Source: Sphyrna mokarran
Taxonomy: Eukaryota
DNA: 64,000 nucleotides
Assembly: GCA_024679065.1 (NCBI GenBank)
Contig: JAGIQG010000019.1
Coordinates: forward strand, 22,506,001 to 22,570,000
Direction of reading: 5' to 3'
Shown: positions 1-11,398 of the stretch, one piece after another
Numbering within the stretch: the stretch's first letter is position 1
Layout: each line of letters opens with the position of its first letter
Notes under the pieces: model-generated
What the model was told of the DNA's origin: nothing
The model's input: only the letters and a program-made list of their open reading frames with translations
The model's database searches: none
Made by a program: the position numbers and the translations under genes

Positions 1-300
1 CCATAATCCAATACCTGTTTGGGTACACTGAGGAGAATTTAGCATGGCCGATGCACCTAACCAGCACATTTTTCAGACTGTGGGAGGAAACCAGAGCACT
101 CGGAGGAAACCCACGCAGACATGGTGAGAACATGTAGATTCTGTATAGACAATGATTCAAGACAGGAATTGAACCAGGGTCCCTGACCTAATGAGACAGC
201 ACATGGAGAACATGTAGACTCCATACAGACAATGACCCAAGTCAGGAATTGAACCTGGGTCCCTGGCATTGTGAGGCAGCAGTACGAACCACTCTGCCAA
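1..300 (-). mobile_element. HE1-type tRNA-derived SINE, internally duplicated, truncated by window edge
   Basis: Reverse complement reads as a SINE head (GCTGCCTCACAATGCCAGGGACCCAGGTTCAATTCC, B-box) plus V-SINE core (GTGGGTTTCCTCC...TTTCCTCCCACAGTC). The B-box segment occurs twice. Confidence 0.85.
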
Positions 301-504
301 CAGAGCAAGGGATAGCACCATGATCACATGGTTTGAACTCCAAAAATACTTTAATTGCATTGATAATCTCCTGGTTTACAATGAGCAGCCGGTCATCCCA
401 GTTTCCCTTTAGCTGGAGATCATTCAGAAAACGATCCAGGATATCTGGGCACCATCAAGTGTGGAGTTCACTCTGATGACCAAGCATTTCCAGAGGAATT
501 GAGA

Positions 505-640
505 AAACCAGAGCACCCGGAGGAAACCCACGCAGACATGGCGAGAACATGTAGACTCTGTATAGACAATGATTCAAGACAGGAATTGAACCAGGGTCCC
601 TGACCTAATGAGGCAGCAGTGCTAACCACTATATCACTGA
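505..640 (-). mobile_element. HE1-type SINE, 5' part
   Basis: Reverse complement gives GTGGTTAGCACTGCTGCCTCA head, B-box and start of core. Confidence 0.85.
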
Positions 641-1637
641 CCATAGAATGATAGCTTCCTTGTGGTAGATGGTGGAATGTTTGGCTGATAATCCTTCGGA
701 TCCATTTATTGCACACCTCAACTTAAAATATTTGGGTAAAACAAAATACTCTGTGATGTTTCTTACTTTGATTGAGAAAACAATTAAGTAGCTGAAAGTA
801 TTTTGCTATTTTCACTTCAGCATTGACTCAAGAAAACCAAGTCTTGCATAGTCATTAATAATGTAACCAGTGTGTTCTCGAAGAGCACAAGAAGATAACA
901 GCAGAATAACAGAAATAATATGAAACAAAATAAATTAGAAATGTTTAGGAAACATATCTTGTTATTCTGTGCAAGAATGAGGAAATCAATGCAGTCTCTT
1001 ATGAAAATCAATTCTCCCAACCTGGCATTTTCATATTTGAAGACCTATATCCACTTAGTGTTCAACAAATGAGGAAACAGTTCAAATTTCTTTTGAACCC
1101 TTCAAAAAGAATGTGAACAGTGAAATTTTCCATGCAGACTCTAAGACTGATCTGATGCGTGGTCTGTATCAGATATTTCTCACTCTTTATGGAAGTTGAA
1201 AAGTTGGCTGTGTTCTTCCAGCACTTAAGGATGTTATTTTGAATCTTTAGTAGGTGACTTGGACTGTCTATAGATTCAAAATTAAGATGCTTTCGACAAA
1301 ATGATAAAGTGAGAGCATAACACATTTGTGAGAAATAGTAGGATGTGAGTGATTGGTGGCAACAGATGGGAGACTAAACAAGAACACGTGAATTAGCAGT
1401 AGGTCATTTGGCTGATCAAGCTAGCTCAGCTGTAAGGTCATTGTTGATTTAAAATTAATGAAATAAAGCAAGCTGGATAGTGCTAAAGTGAGAAACCACA
1501 ACTGGAACTCTACCTCCTCGCCCACCCAGAATCGGAGCGAACGAGATTCAGACAACAAAAATCTCCTTTGACCTTGGGTGGGAATTTCCTATCTTGTCTG
1601 AGTAAGACTGTAAAATCCAGTCCCCTACAGATGTGTG

Positions 1638-1764
1638 GGGCAAAATTTTCCCATCCCATCTGCCATAGGAATCATAATGGGTGGGGCACAGACCACACAA
1701 AGGTTCGTTGACCTTGGGTAGGATTTTCTGGCCTTGGGGAAAGTGTGGCTGGAAAGTTCTGCCC
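1638..1764. mobile_element. ~125-bp MITE with Harbinger-like TIRs; a related degenerate copy lies at ~1500-1625
   Basis: Ends GGGCAAAATTTTCC / GGAAAGTTCTGCCC are imperfect inverted repeats. Same family as 29087-29223. Confidence 0.6.
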
Positions 1765-1769
1765 TTGAT

Positions 1770-2520
1770 CTTAAAAAAAACTCAAACTATAGAAGGTAGG
1801 CTAGCATAGATTTATTAAAAAGCAATTTGCATTTAACTTACTTAATGAGGTTTTTAATAAGGTAATAGAGAGGGTTGATGAGGGTAATGCAATTGATGTG
1901 AGGTAGATGCGTTTCCAAAAGACATTTGATAAAGTACCATATAACAGGCTTGTTAGCAGAGACAAAACCCATGGAATAAAAAGGACAATGGCAAGATGGA
2001 ACAATGATTAGCACTGTTGTCCCACAGGGATGCATGTTCAATTCCGTCCTTGGGTGACTGTCAATGCAGAGTTCACACATTCTCCTGTCTCCAGGTTTCC
2101 TGCAGGTGACCTGGTTTCTTTCCACAATCCAAAGTTGTGCACGTTAGGTGGATTGATAAATGAATAGGGTTATGGAGATAGGATAGAATAGTGGCCTGAC
2201 TACGATGCTCTTTGAGTACAGAATCAATAGGCCAGCACTGTAGAGTGTGATTTTTGGACAGCAAAAAGTTATATATTAGGGTTCCCAAGGTGTTGTATTA
2301 GAACTTTCTTTTCTTGACCTATACCTTGACATCGGCACAATTTAAAAATATGCACCTGACACAAAACCTGCAAGTGTTGTGAACTGTGAGAAGGATAACA
2401 ATAGATTTTAATAGAACATAAAGAGGCAGGGGGAAATGGACAGAAAAATAGCAAGTAAAATGTAAAGCCCAGAAGTGTGAAATGATTCATTTCAGTAGGA
2501 AGAAAGGCGATGAAATATAA
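1770..2520 (+). mobile_element. Degenerate CR1-type LINE RT fragment interrupted by a SINE (~1990-2245)
   Basis: Translates VIERVDEGNAIDV..FQKTFDKVPYNRL, resembling the CR1 RT motif DFQKAFDKVPH. Resumes after the SINE with a decayed (F/Y)ADDTK region. Confidence 0.7.
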
Positions 2521-2585
2521 ACCACTGTAGGGCTCTGCTCTCATATCCTGCCAGTCAGACAAAGGTCCATTTGTACATACTCTCT

Positions 2586-3804
2586 GGGCCTTATTTTACC
2601 ATTTTGATTCAAAATGCTGGGCAGACTTGAAACTTAGAGTGTTTCAAATCTGATTTTTAGACCTGTCTGAAAATATAGCAACAATTCCAATTCACACTGC
2701 AGAAGCGTGTGGGTGGGACTCACCACACCCAAAATCGCAGATTACACTACTCGCCTCATGCCCAGCTTTACCAACTTTTCACAGCCGAAAACATACGCGG
2801 CTTGATGATAAAATCAGATGCTCTGTTTTTTGCTAGTCAGCCAATCTTCTGATCAGGCTAATATGTTACCCACATGTCACAACTGATATCTTTCTAACTG
2901 TGCTTAGCCCAGCAATGCAGTAGTTTGTACTTGAATTGCTCATTGAGTCCTTTCAGCTGCGAAAGGAGTTCACTGCTGTTTTAAAAGGAACTCCATTGAA
3001 CACTATGTCAATGGTAAATTTGGGATGCTCTTTGAGGAGGTGGAAGACAGGAAGGATTTAATGACAAATGCTCCGATCAATACCTGCAACTGCGCACGTG
3101 CAAAAAAAAGATAGAATGCGGCTTCCCTGCCATATCTCCCGGGCTGGATAATGCATCCCATTGTGCACCCACAGACATTGCCCCCCGCCACCCCCCCCAC
3201 AACATTACTGACCCCCTTATTCCCCCACTCTCTCCACCACCTAGACCAATTGCAGCACCCTCCCCTCCTTTTCCCCACTGATTTCAGACAGAATGGTGAT
3301 TGATGTCTCTATCCCCCTCACTGATTTCAGGTAGAGTGGCAGCGGACCCCCCTTCCCCCTCTAAGATCACTCCCTTCACACCCCCCTACCCACTGATCTC
3401 AAGCAGACAAACATGGGACCTACCTACCCCTTCTCTCTAACACCCCCCCAACACCCGCAATCTCAGGCAGAAAGCCATCAGATGCTTGGCACTTACCTTC
3501 TTACCTGCTCGATTGTTCAAAGTGGACTTTTGTGGAACATTTCTGTTTTGCACCAATTCTGAATGACCGAACGCAGTGGTGCTAGTGTATTTGGGTATAC
3601 AGCCCACTAAGTCAATTTAAATGCATGCGAATACATTTAAATATTGCACTTATTTCGGGCATAGTTCCAATCGTGGCCATTTTCAGGCCTTGGTAAAGGG
3701 GTAACCGATATGGAGGCGGGCGCAGATTACACTACTCGCCTCACGCCCAGCTTTACCAACTTTTCACAGCCGAAAACATACGCGGCTTGATGATAAAATC
3801 AGAT
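2586..3804. mobile_element. Non-autonomous TIR element (Harbinger-like) carrying an internal duplication
   Basis: Left end GGGCCTTATTTTACCA and right end TGATAAAATCAGAT form imperfect TIRs. C-rich internal subrepeats. Confidence 0.5.
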
Positions 3805-4051
3805 GCTCTGTTTTTTGCTAGTCAGCCAATCTTTTGATCAGGCTAATATGTTACCCACATGTCACAACTGATATCTTTCTAACTGTGCTTAGCCCAGCAA
3901 TTCAATAGTTTGTACTTGAATTGCTCATTGAGTCCTTTCAGCTGCGAAAGGAGTTCACTGCTGTTTTAAAAGGAACTTCATTGAACACTATGTCAATGGT
4001 AAATTTGGGATGCTCTTTGAGGAGGTGGAAGACAGGAAGGATTCAATGACA
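2736..4051 (+). repeat. 331-bp dispersed direct repeat (2736-3066 / 3721-4051)
   Basis: Both copies run CGCAGATTACACTACTCGCC...GGAAGGATT(T/C)AATGACA, with about 6 substitutions and no indels by eye. Confidence 0.95.
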
Positions 4052-4854
4052 GATGGGTTCATAGTGTTGGCTTCATAGCTAATGGTGACAATTACAAGGC
4101 TAATAGGCAGAAACATACAGGACAAAGTACTTGACCTGTTTGCTGTCATCATTAAAACTTCTTTTGCATTGTTATTTAGGATCCAATATTCAGGATTACC
4201 AAACATCCTGAAAAACAGCAATTAAGTCAGTTATTAATGGCCAAATGGATAAAAATAAGCTTAGTACCAATTTTGCATCTTGTTCTAAGTGTTTGTCATT
4301 GAGACTCATTTGAACGGCAGTTTTAATTCTGGAAGAGAAATACCTCATTATAAACTTATCAGATGCATTCTGCTGCACAGTACCCAAAATTAAAGGATGG
4401 CGTACTTTCCTGATAGTGACTATCTTACACTTTCAGAGTATATCACATCAACAAAGTGATTTGAATGAATGAACAACAGTTGTTATATTGAGTGAGTAAA
4501 GAAACAATAATCTATCAGAAGAGAAATATGGCAGATGCTGGAAATCTGAAATTTAAAAAAAAAAGCTGGAAACTTTCAGCAGGTTACGTAGCATCTATGG
4601 GCGGAGAAAAAAAGTTTGGTGACCTTAATTAGTATGTCCTTATCACATTAAAAGCTTGTTCTGTCCATCATACCTTAAACATGTCATCTATGTCACATGT
4701 GCAAACATCATGCATGGAAAGTGTTTATGTTGTCATAGTAAAAGACCACTCAAGTCTGTGGGTGGAATTTTACAGCCTAGCTCATCCCAAAACCATAGAT
4801 TGTTTCTTCATAAATAGAATTGATGAAACTCACGCATTTCATATCATTAAACAT

Positions 4855-5040
4855 AGGCTGAGTGCGTTTCAAGCATTCCATCACTCTCAAGACAGAGATT
4901 AATAGATTTCTAGATACTAATGCCTTCAAGGTTTATAGAGAGAGTGGGGGGTAAAATGGTGCTGAGCTTGATTATCAACCATGCTGTACTTGAATGGTGG
5001 AACATGCCTGAAGAGTTGAAAAGTCTACTCCTATGTTCCT
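4855..5040 (+). mobile_element. CR1/HER1-type LINE 3' tail, degenerate
   Basis: CAAGACAGAGATTAATAGATTTCTAG...GAATGGTGGAACA...CTACTCCTATGTTCCTTAT resembles the shark CR1 3' UTR. Confidence 0.65.
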
Positions 5041-5084
5041 TATCTGTACACCTATAATCTTGACTTACCATAGAATCTACCTCC

Positions 5085-5288
5085 GAATCCCTTACACTAA
5101 GGCACAATTTATCATGACCGGTCAACCTAACCTGCACATCTTTGCGCTGGAGGAAACCAGAGCACCCGGGGAAACCCACACATGGTGAAAATCTGCACAC
5201 TGCACAAGCAGTCACCCAAGGCTGGAACTGAACACAGGTCCCTGGCACTGTAAGGTCGCAGTGCTTACCATTGCGCCACTGTGCTGCT
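5085..5288 (-). mobile_element. HE1-type SINE
   Basis: Reverse complement has the GCAGCACAGTGGCGCAATGGTAAGCACTGC head, B-box and core. Confidence 0.85.
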
Positions 5289-5324
5289 CTAGCTAGTACC
5301 TGCTCCCACCCAAGAGAAAACTAT

Positions 5325-5525
5325 CTGAACTAAAAACAGAACATATTGGAAATACACAGCAGGTCAGAGAGATTCTGTACAGAGGGAAACAAAGTTAATG
5401 TTTCAGGTAGATGAATGTTGGACTCTTACAAAAGTTAATCTACCCGAAATATTCACTTCTCTTCCTATCAATTCTCTGTGAGTTGCTGTGTATCTCCCTC
5501 ATTTTCTGCTCTTATTTCCAACCTG
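5325..5525. mobile_element. Old PLE-derived fold-back element
   Basis: AAAAACAGAACATATTGGAAATACACAGCA... and ...TGCTGTGTATCTCCCTCATTTTCTGCTC are degenerate inverted arms of the family seen at 6473-6797. Confidence 0.55.
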
Positions 5526-5779
5526 AATGAAATCTGTTTTACAGATGATTTTGCTGTCTCTCCAACAGCACAAGCAAACTTACGGACTGATTTTGATTCT
5601 CATCAAGGACAGGGCTTGATTTTTAGCCCACATTAGGGTCAGGATCAGAAGCAGGGGAATAAAAATAGCCCTGCTAGTTGGCATGTCATTTAATCAGTTT
5701 CATTCTGCCTACTGGCCATTTTCCTGGAGGCAGATGGAACAGGCCTATCTGGTTGGACACAACAAGCAACATGACTCAT

Positions 5780-6150
5780 TAATAAAAATAGAAAATGCTG
5801 GGAAAACCCAGCAGGTCTGGCAGTGTTTGTGGAGACAGAAACAGAGCCAACATTTCAAGTTCCTTTGAAGTGATATGATGGATTTTATAGTGTGGAAGGG
5901 AGATGGAGCAGCTGGAGAAAAATAGAAGGTCTGGGACAAGTGGGAGCTTAAGAGATTTGGCAAAGACTTCATGGGCACAGGAAAAATGGTAGGGTTGAAG
6001 TTTAAAGAAAATGCCAGTAGTGGCACAGAAGGTTAGATAGCGGATAAGTTAATAACAGAACAAGGGTCAGTATTCTATGAAAGCAAAACATAAGAACAAG
6101 TTTTAAATGGCTCTGTGGATTGATAGTGATTGAGGGAAAAAAGTAAGATG
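5780..6150 (-). mobile_element. PLE 3' terminal-repeat fragment
   Basis: GAAAATGCTGGGAAAACCCAGCAGGTCTGGCAG...GAGCCAACATTTCAAG is homologous to the 14015-14600 element. Confidence 0.6.
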
Positions 6151-6472
6151 ACTTGTCTGTAGCCTATTAAGATCAAGTGAAGGAGGCTGACTGGATTTTC
6201 CAGTCAACTTCCAGGTTCCTGCCAGCTTTAGGTGCCAATGATGGACATCTGGCAGCAGGCTCAGGATCTATGTTCCAGTGAAGACTGAAGGCTCTCTCCC
6301 TGCCTCCCTGGTACAGGGGCCATTCTATAGAAGGGTTCCTTTCTCTCCTATCATAATATCTGTAACTATCAACTTTTCACAGATGCTGGAAGTTATAATT
6401 GTGCACTATTAATTTGTTTGAATCACATGAAATGTTACCAATATGGTAGTCAATCAACTATATAGCTTGCTT

Positions 6473-6797
6473 CCAAAACAGGAAATGCTGGAAAATCTCA
6501 GCAGGTCTGGCAGCATCTATAAGGAGAGAAAAGAGCTGATGTTTCTAGTCCAGATGACCCTTTGTCAAAGGTAAAAGTCATAGAAAGTTGGAGATATTCA
6601 TACTGTAGGGTGAGAGAATGAAAGATTCACCCTACAGTATAAATATTTCCATTTTTCATGCCTTTTGCCTTTGACAAAGGATCATCTGGACTAGAAACAT
6701 CAACTCTTTCTTCTCCTTACAGATGCTGCCAGACCTGAGATTTTCCAGCATTTTCTTTCGGTTTCAGATTCCAGCATCCACAGTAATTTGCTTTTAT
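6473..6797. mobile_element. PLE-derived fold-back (inverted-repeat) element
   Basis: Arms of about 135 nt close on TACTGTAGGGTGA-(13 nt)-TCACCCTACAGTA. Each arm has a hammerhead-like motif. The right arm has an extra ~35-nt tail. Confidence 0.8.
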
Positions 6798-7159
6798 ACA
6801 TACTTGCTTTGTTGGCAAGTGTTATAATACATTAGAATGAACCTCCTCCATATAATTCAGAAATGAAAATTGTGGGGGAGCCAAAGCAGATCATTATAGA
6901 AATGTAGTAGTTATTGATCCTCAAATGTAACTCTTATTTATCTTCACCACCTTGCAAAGTTTCTTTTTAACTAGCTAATCTTCTCTTAATTGAATGTGTC
7001 TTAATCTTCTTTGCAAGCCTCTGCGCAGCACATTAAAAACTGTTTTCAAACATCCAAGAGAAATAAAAGTCCTATCCACTAATTCAACTGCTTATTTAAA
7101 GGATTAAAGTATATTCATGAGCTGCAACTTAAAGCTTCTGAAACCACATTATCTGCATT

Positions 7160-7391
7160 GGGATGACATGATGGCACAGTACTTAGCACTGCTGCCTCAC
7201 AGCGTCAGGGACCTGGGTTCGATTTCTAGTTTGAGTCACTGTGCAGAGTTTGCACATTCTCCCTGCACGGGTTTCCTCCCACAGTCCAAAATTGTGCGAA
7301 TTTCAGGGGGACTAGTTGGAGTAAATGCATGGTTTATGGGGATAGGACCTGGGTGAGATTGTGGTTGGTGCAGCTTCAATGGGCTAAATGG
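7160..7391 (+). mobile_element. HE1-type SINE with internal deletions
   Basis: TGGCACAGTACTTAGCACTGCTGCCTCACAGCGTCAGGGACCTGGGTTCGATT head plus core. Confidence 0.85.
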
Positions 7392-7975
7392 GCTGGATGA
7401 CACCCCATGAGCAAGCCAAGTGCATGGCGGTGGACATCTGCTTGCGGCCAATGCCATCCAAGACCTTAGAACAGCTGTGCTTGGACTCGATGTCACACAT
7501 GATCATAACGAGTGCAGTGGGATCCTGTGTGAGCGTACCCCTGCTGGGACAGAATCCCATATTGACCTAGATCTACCACTCCACCACCTGGTCAGTGGTC
7601 CCACACTTTGAGGTACCTTGTAGAAATACTCACTGTGCCTTTGTGATTGCACAGAGGGGTTTCCTGTACAGACCCCTCATGAACTCACCATAAACAAATC
7701 CAGGCAGAAGGTGACTGAGGGAGATGTCCAACCTGACTGACTGCCCCTCTACCATGACTACATTCATGACCAGGTGTCCCTGGAGAGGGAGTATGCGGTG
7801 TCTTCCATGTTCATTGGCCACCGTAGGGGCTGAATCACAATTTAGTTTGATGTTTTAAGTTTATTTTCTACTTTGCTTTTTGTTTCAGGTAACGCTGTTT
7901 ATTTTGGGAGGCTACCCCTTTTTAATTTGTCCCTCAGTTAATTTGATTTAATTTACCCGATTATTTAAAAAAAAA
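7392..7975 (+). mobile_element. Tx1/L1-clade LINE 3' fragment
   Basis: Decayed frame INKSRQKVTEGDVQPD*LPLYHDYIHDQVSLEREYAVSS resembles the C-terminus of fish/shark Tx1-like ORF2. Followed by a T-rich 3' UTR and an A9 tail. Confidence 0.6.
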
Positions 7976-8090
7976 CTACTGGTGACCTTAGCTTGCCCTC
8001 TTAGTGACCCTACAACTTTCTAATCTTATGCAGCCTACTGCTTCATACAGTTATTCCTCCAAGATGCATATCAGAGATGGAGGTGTCCAG

Positions 8091-10363
8091 CCTCCACTGT
8101 GTCCAGCAGGTAGGCCTCAGAAAAACTGGGGGCCATCTTCCTGGCTTAACTGCCTGTGAGTCCATAATTGCAGTTTATTTACAGTTTTGGCTTGTTAGGG
8201 GAGTCCAGGTGCCTTCAGTTTGGGCCAGTCATGGGCCCATTAGTTACGTTTTGTTGTGAGAAATGTGAAGGCAACTTGTGATTCATGACCCTTTGCCTGT
8301 GGTGCCTTTGGCAAGTGTCCTCTGAGGAGGTGGGGAGTGGGGGGAGATGTAGAAGGCCCCGGCCAATTTGCAGGCAACACTGATGTTCCTGTGCAATCCA
8401 GAAGTCTCCTTATGGAAGACCCTGGTATGGGTTTGAGCCCTTCCTTCACCCTCAAGGTGCCCATAAGCCCAGGGACACTCGTTGGGAGGCCATTCTAGCT
8501 GGATTGAGTTCCAGAAGCTCCAGCATCACCTGGCTCTGCCAGTCCAGGGATCATACACCATGGGGCAATTACATGGTGTATGATCCCGCAGTCCTGGCTC
8601 TCTGAGACTGAGTCAAGCTCCGGAGCCGCTCCACTTTTGTGAGTCAGCCAGGCTCTGCAGCCCCTCAACTTAGCCCAGGTTCAGAGGGCTAATGCTATCG
8701 AGGCTCAAAGCCACGGCTCGCTGTGTCTCCAGAATGTCAGCGAGAGCCCCAGACATGGCCAACAGTGTCTCCAACATGGCCCTGACGCCATAGCCATAGG
8801 CTGATGTGCTTCCAGGATGCTGGGGACACCCATGACTGTAGCCCGCTGTGTTGCAATACTGCAAGGGTGGTGTCTGCATCAGAAAGTCTGGCACAGGGAT
8901 TTGGCCTCATGAGTAACAGGATCCAGGCCATCCTGGAGATATAGTCATGGCCAGCTGTATCTCCAGGATGGCCTGGATCCTGTTACTCATGAGGCCAAAT
9001 CCCTGTGCCAGACTTTCTGATGCAGACACCACCCTTGCAGTATTGGCCCAGTTAACACGCTGTGCCGGCATCACTTCCTGCGACAGCACTCTGTTTGACT
9101 CCTCTAAACAGCCTTGCATTCACAGCATGGTTGCTGACAGCCCTTCCCCAACTCCCTGGGCTTCCTGATACGTCTCTACCAGCTTCAGGATGAATGAACC
9201 CTGAGGCCCAGTATCTCTTGTTCACCTCTGTGTGCCCGAGCTCTTGGATGTGCCTGCCTCCACCCAATGTATATCAGCGGTTGTGATGTGCTCACCAATA
9301 AATGACCCAGAAGTCTAACATGACCCGCCATGGTGATGTTCTCCAGGTTAGTAGGTTGCGTGGTTGATGCTTGTGCAGATTCACTGGTATCGTCCTGAGT
9401 GGATTCTTCAGGGCCTCCCTCTGATGTGTCTAGGGAATTGTCTCAGGAGCAGTGGGGTTGGTGAGAGGGGGCAATACCAGATGGGTATGATGCAGTGGTG
9501 ACCAGGTTTCAGCATTGGAAGAATAAATATATATTAGGGCAAGGGAGGGGAAGCAGCCCATGTGGAATAGCTTTTATTTCAAAGAAGATTTATGAATCGG
9601 TTCAGCTGATGTTCACTTGCACGCCAGCCACCAATCTGGCTATCAGTTACTATTGTAGATGTATCCCCCCTGCCAGCTCCAGGGCACACTGCCACCAGAC
9701 AGCCAACAGCCACAGCTGCTTTTTCTCTCTCAGGGCGACTTTGTGCTTTTTTTCCTCCTGTGGGAACATAAGGGGGATTGAAAGCATAGTGTATGGAAGG
9801 GCATGGGGTGCAATGTGTGTCAGAGTGGGGATGCTTGCATTGGGAAATGAGTCCCCATTAGCAGCTGCTGATTGGGGGGGTGGGGGGGTGCCACAGAAGT
9901 TAGAGGCAGTATTGGGGGTTGGAAGGGAATGGTTGCATTGTCCTTGAGGTGTCTGGGGATTGTTTGACATTGTAAGCACAGCACATGTACAGGTTTCAGA
10001 ATGGGATGCACATTCACCCTGAAGAATGTCATTCATTTCCTTGCGGTATTGCTCTCCAGACTGAGGGGTCAGAACCCTGGCATTCACAATTACTGCTAAT
10101 GCCTCCCATAAAGCTCTGCGTGTGTGACCCCCTTGGGTGACGGCCCCTGAATAGGGTACAGCAGCTGGCGCCTCTCCTCCACTGTGTCCAGCAGGTAGGC
10201 CTCAGAAAAACTGGGGGCCATCTTCCTGGCTTAACTGCCTGTGAGTCCATAATTGCAGTTTATTTACAGTTTTGGCTTGTTAGGGGAGTCCAGGTGCCTT
10301 CAGTTTGGGCCAGTCATGGGCCCATTAGTTACGTTTTGCTGTGAGAAATGTGCAGGCAACTTG
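8091..10363 (+). repeat. 188-bp dispersed direct repeat (8091-8278 / 10176-10363)
   Basis: CCTCCACTGTGTCCAGCAGG...GGCAACTTG, with 2 mismatches between copies. Confidence 0.95.
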
Positions 10364-10932
10364 GTTTCAATAGCAGGTGAGCAATCTCCAAAGCAGCTGA
10401 AGGTTTTCACTCAGCAAAGTACTGTGGCCAGGGGATGCAATATTCATAGATCTCACTCAGTGAGGAGGAATGATCACAGCCAGGGGGTATGCACGGCAGC
10501 AGCACAGCACTGTGTGTGTGAAGGGGAATGGGATGAGGAGGCCAGTGTTAACTCTAGGTCAGTGGGGGATAAGGAGGTCAGAAGTATCTCGGTCAGTGGA
10601 AGGATGGCCACAGTGTTCTTGAGGGGGAAGGGTTGTGAGAGGCCAGTAATGTTTATGGGGAGAGTGAAATGGCAGCAAGTACTCCGCAAATGTCTGTGGA
10701 GGATTGAGGCCAGTGATCTCAATGCTGGGAGGACTTGTTTAGCGATCTCCCAGAGATCAGGGCATGCGTGGGGCCTGCCACCCTCTTCAGCAGGGATAGG
10801 CTCTGTCTCTGTGTTTTTTATGTGATTCACAGGAGTGCACTTTGCATGCACAGAGTGTGGGAGATTCATTTTGAAAATCCCGCTGGAAAAAAGCAACAGG
10901 ATTTACTCGCTTTTACGCGAAATCAACACCCC
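8280..10932 (-). mobile_element. Harbinger-type DNA transposon remnant encoding a decayed, spliced Myb/SANT-like DNA-binding protein
   Basis: Frameshifted minus-strand translation: PSFSEAYLLDTVEERRQLLYP...ALWEALAVIVNARVLTPQSGEQYRKEMNDILQ (10250-10018). Then an acceptor TTCCCACAG|GAG at 9757 giving EEKKHKVALREK...ALELAG. The end region 10700-10930 is homologous to 20589-20860. Confidence 0.75.
8854..9045. repeat. Near-perfect 91-bp inverted repeat with 10-nt loop
   Basis: 8854-8944 is the reverse complement of 8955-9045 with one mismatch next to the loop TCATGGCCAG. Confidence 0.95.
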
Positions 10933-11044
10933 TGTCATGTTTATTTTATTTTCACAAGATCATAACCACCTGAGTCATCAACACAATTTTTTTAAGAGTT
11001 AGAATTCATTGGTGAGAAGGAATTGTTACTTACAGATACAGTGT

Positions 11045-11398
11045 CTATAAGTTGACTGCACAATCTGCCTCACAGTAGTCGGACATGTTTTCGCCAGCTA
11101 GATGCTCCAAGTGACCTGCCTGGATGTAAAGGTTTTTGGACGTTCCGCTCTGGTAAGCAAAGGAACATGCTAGCCATGGTGAGCAGCTGTTTGCCTTATT
11201 ACGCAACTCCCACTCCCGAGATCCCAGAGCCTTGTCAAGCAAGATATACAGCTGTTGAAGCCGGCAAATGTTCGTACCAGTCTGCAAGCTGGGATTACCA
11301 ATGTGTGCACCGACATGGTTCACCTGCACATCATCGTTCAGTTGGGACTGGCACAGTTGGCAAAGCAGATGGGGCCTCTTGACAACCTGCTCAGAGCA
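11045..11398 (-). other. Orphan 117-codon open frame, candidate exon of unknown identity
   Basis: Stop-free on the minus strand from 11398 to the TAG at 11047-11045. Preceded by TGCTAAATTTACATTAG. GTAAGT lies 11 nt after the stop. About 10 CpGs in ~260 bp. No repeat similarity recognised. Confidence 0.25.

Noticed and set aside
2736-4051. 331-bp direct repeats read as LTRs of a small LTR element (TRIM)
   Set aside because: No TG...CA ends, PBS, PPT or TSD. The unit straddles a TIR-element boundary, which fits a local duplication better.
11190-11240. WD40-like peptide TRLWDLGSGSCV in an alternative minus frame
   Set aside because: The frame is short and bounded by stops, with no GH dipeptide or further repeats. 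Probably chance.
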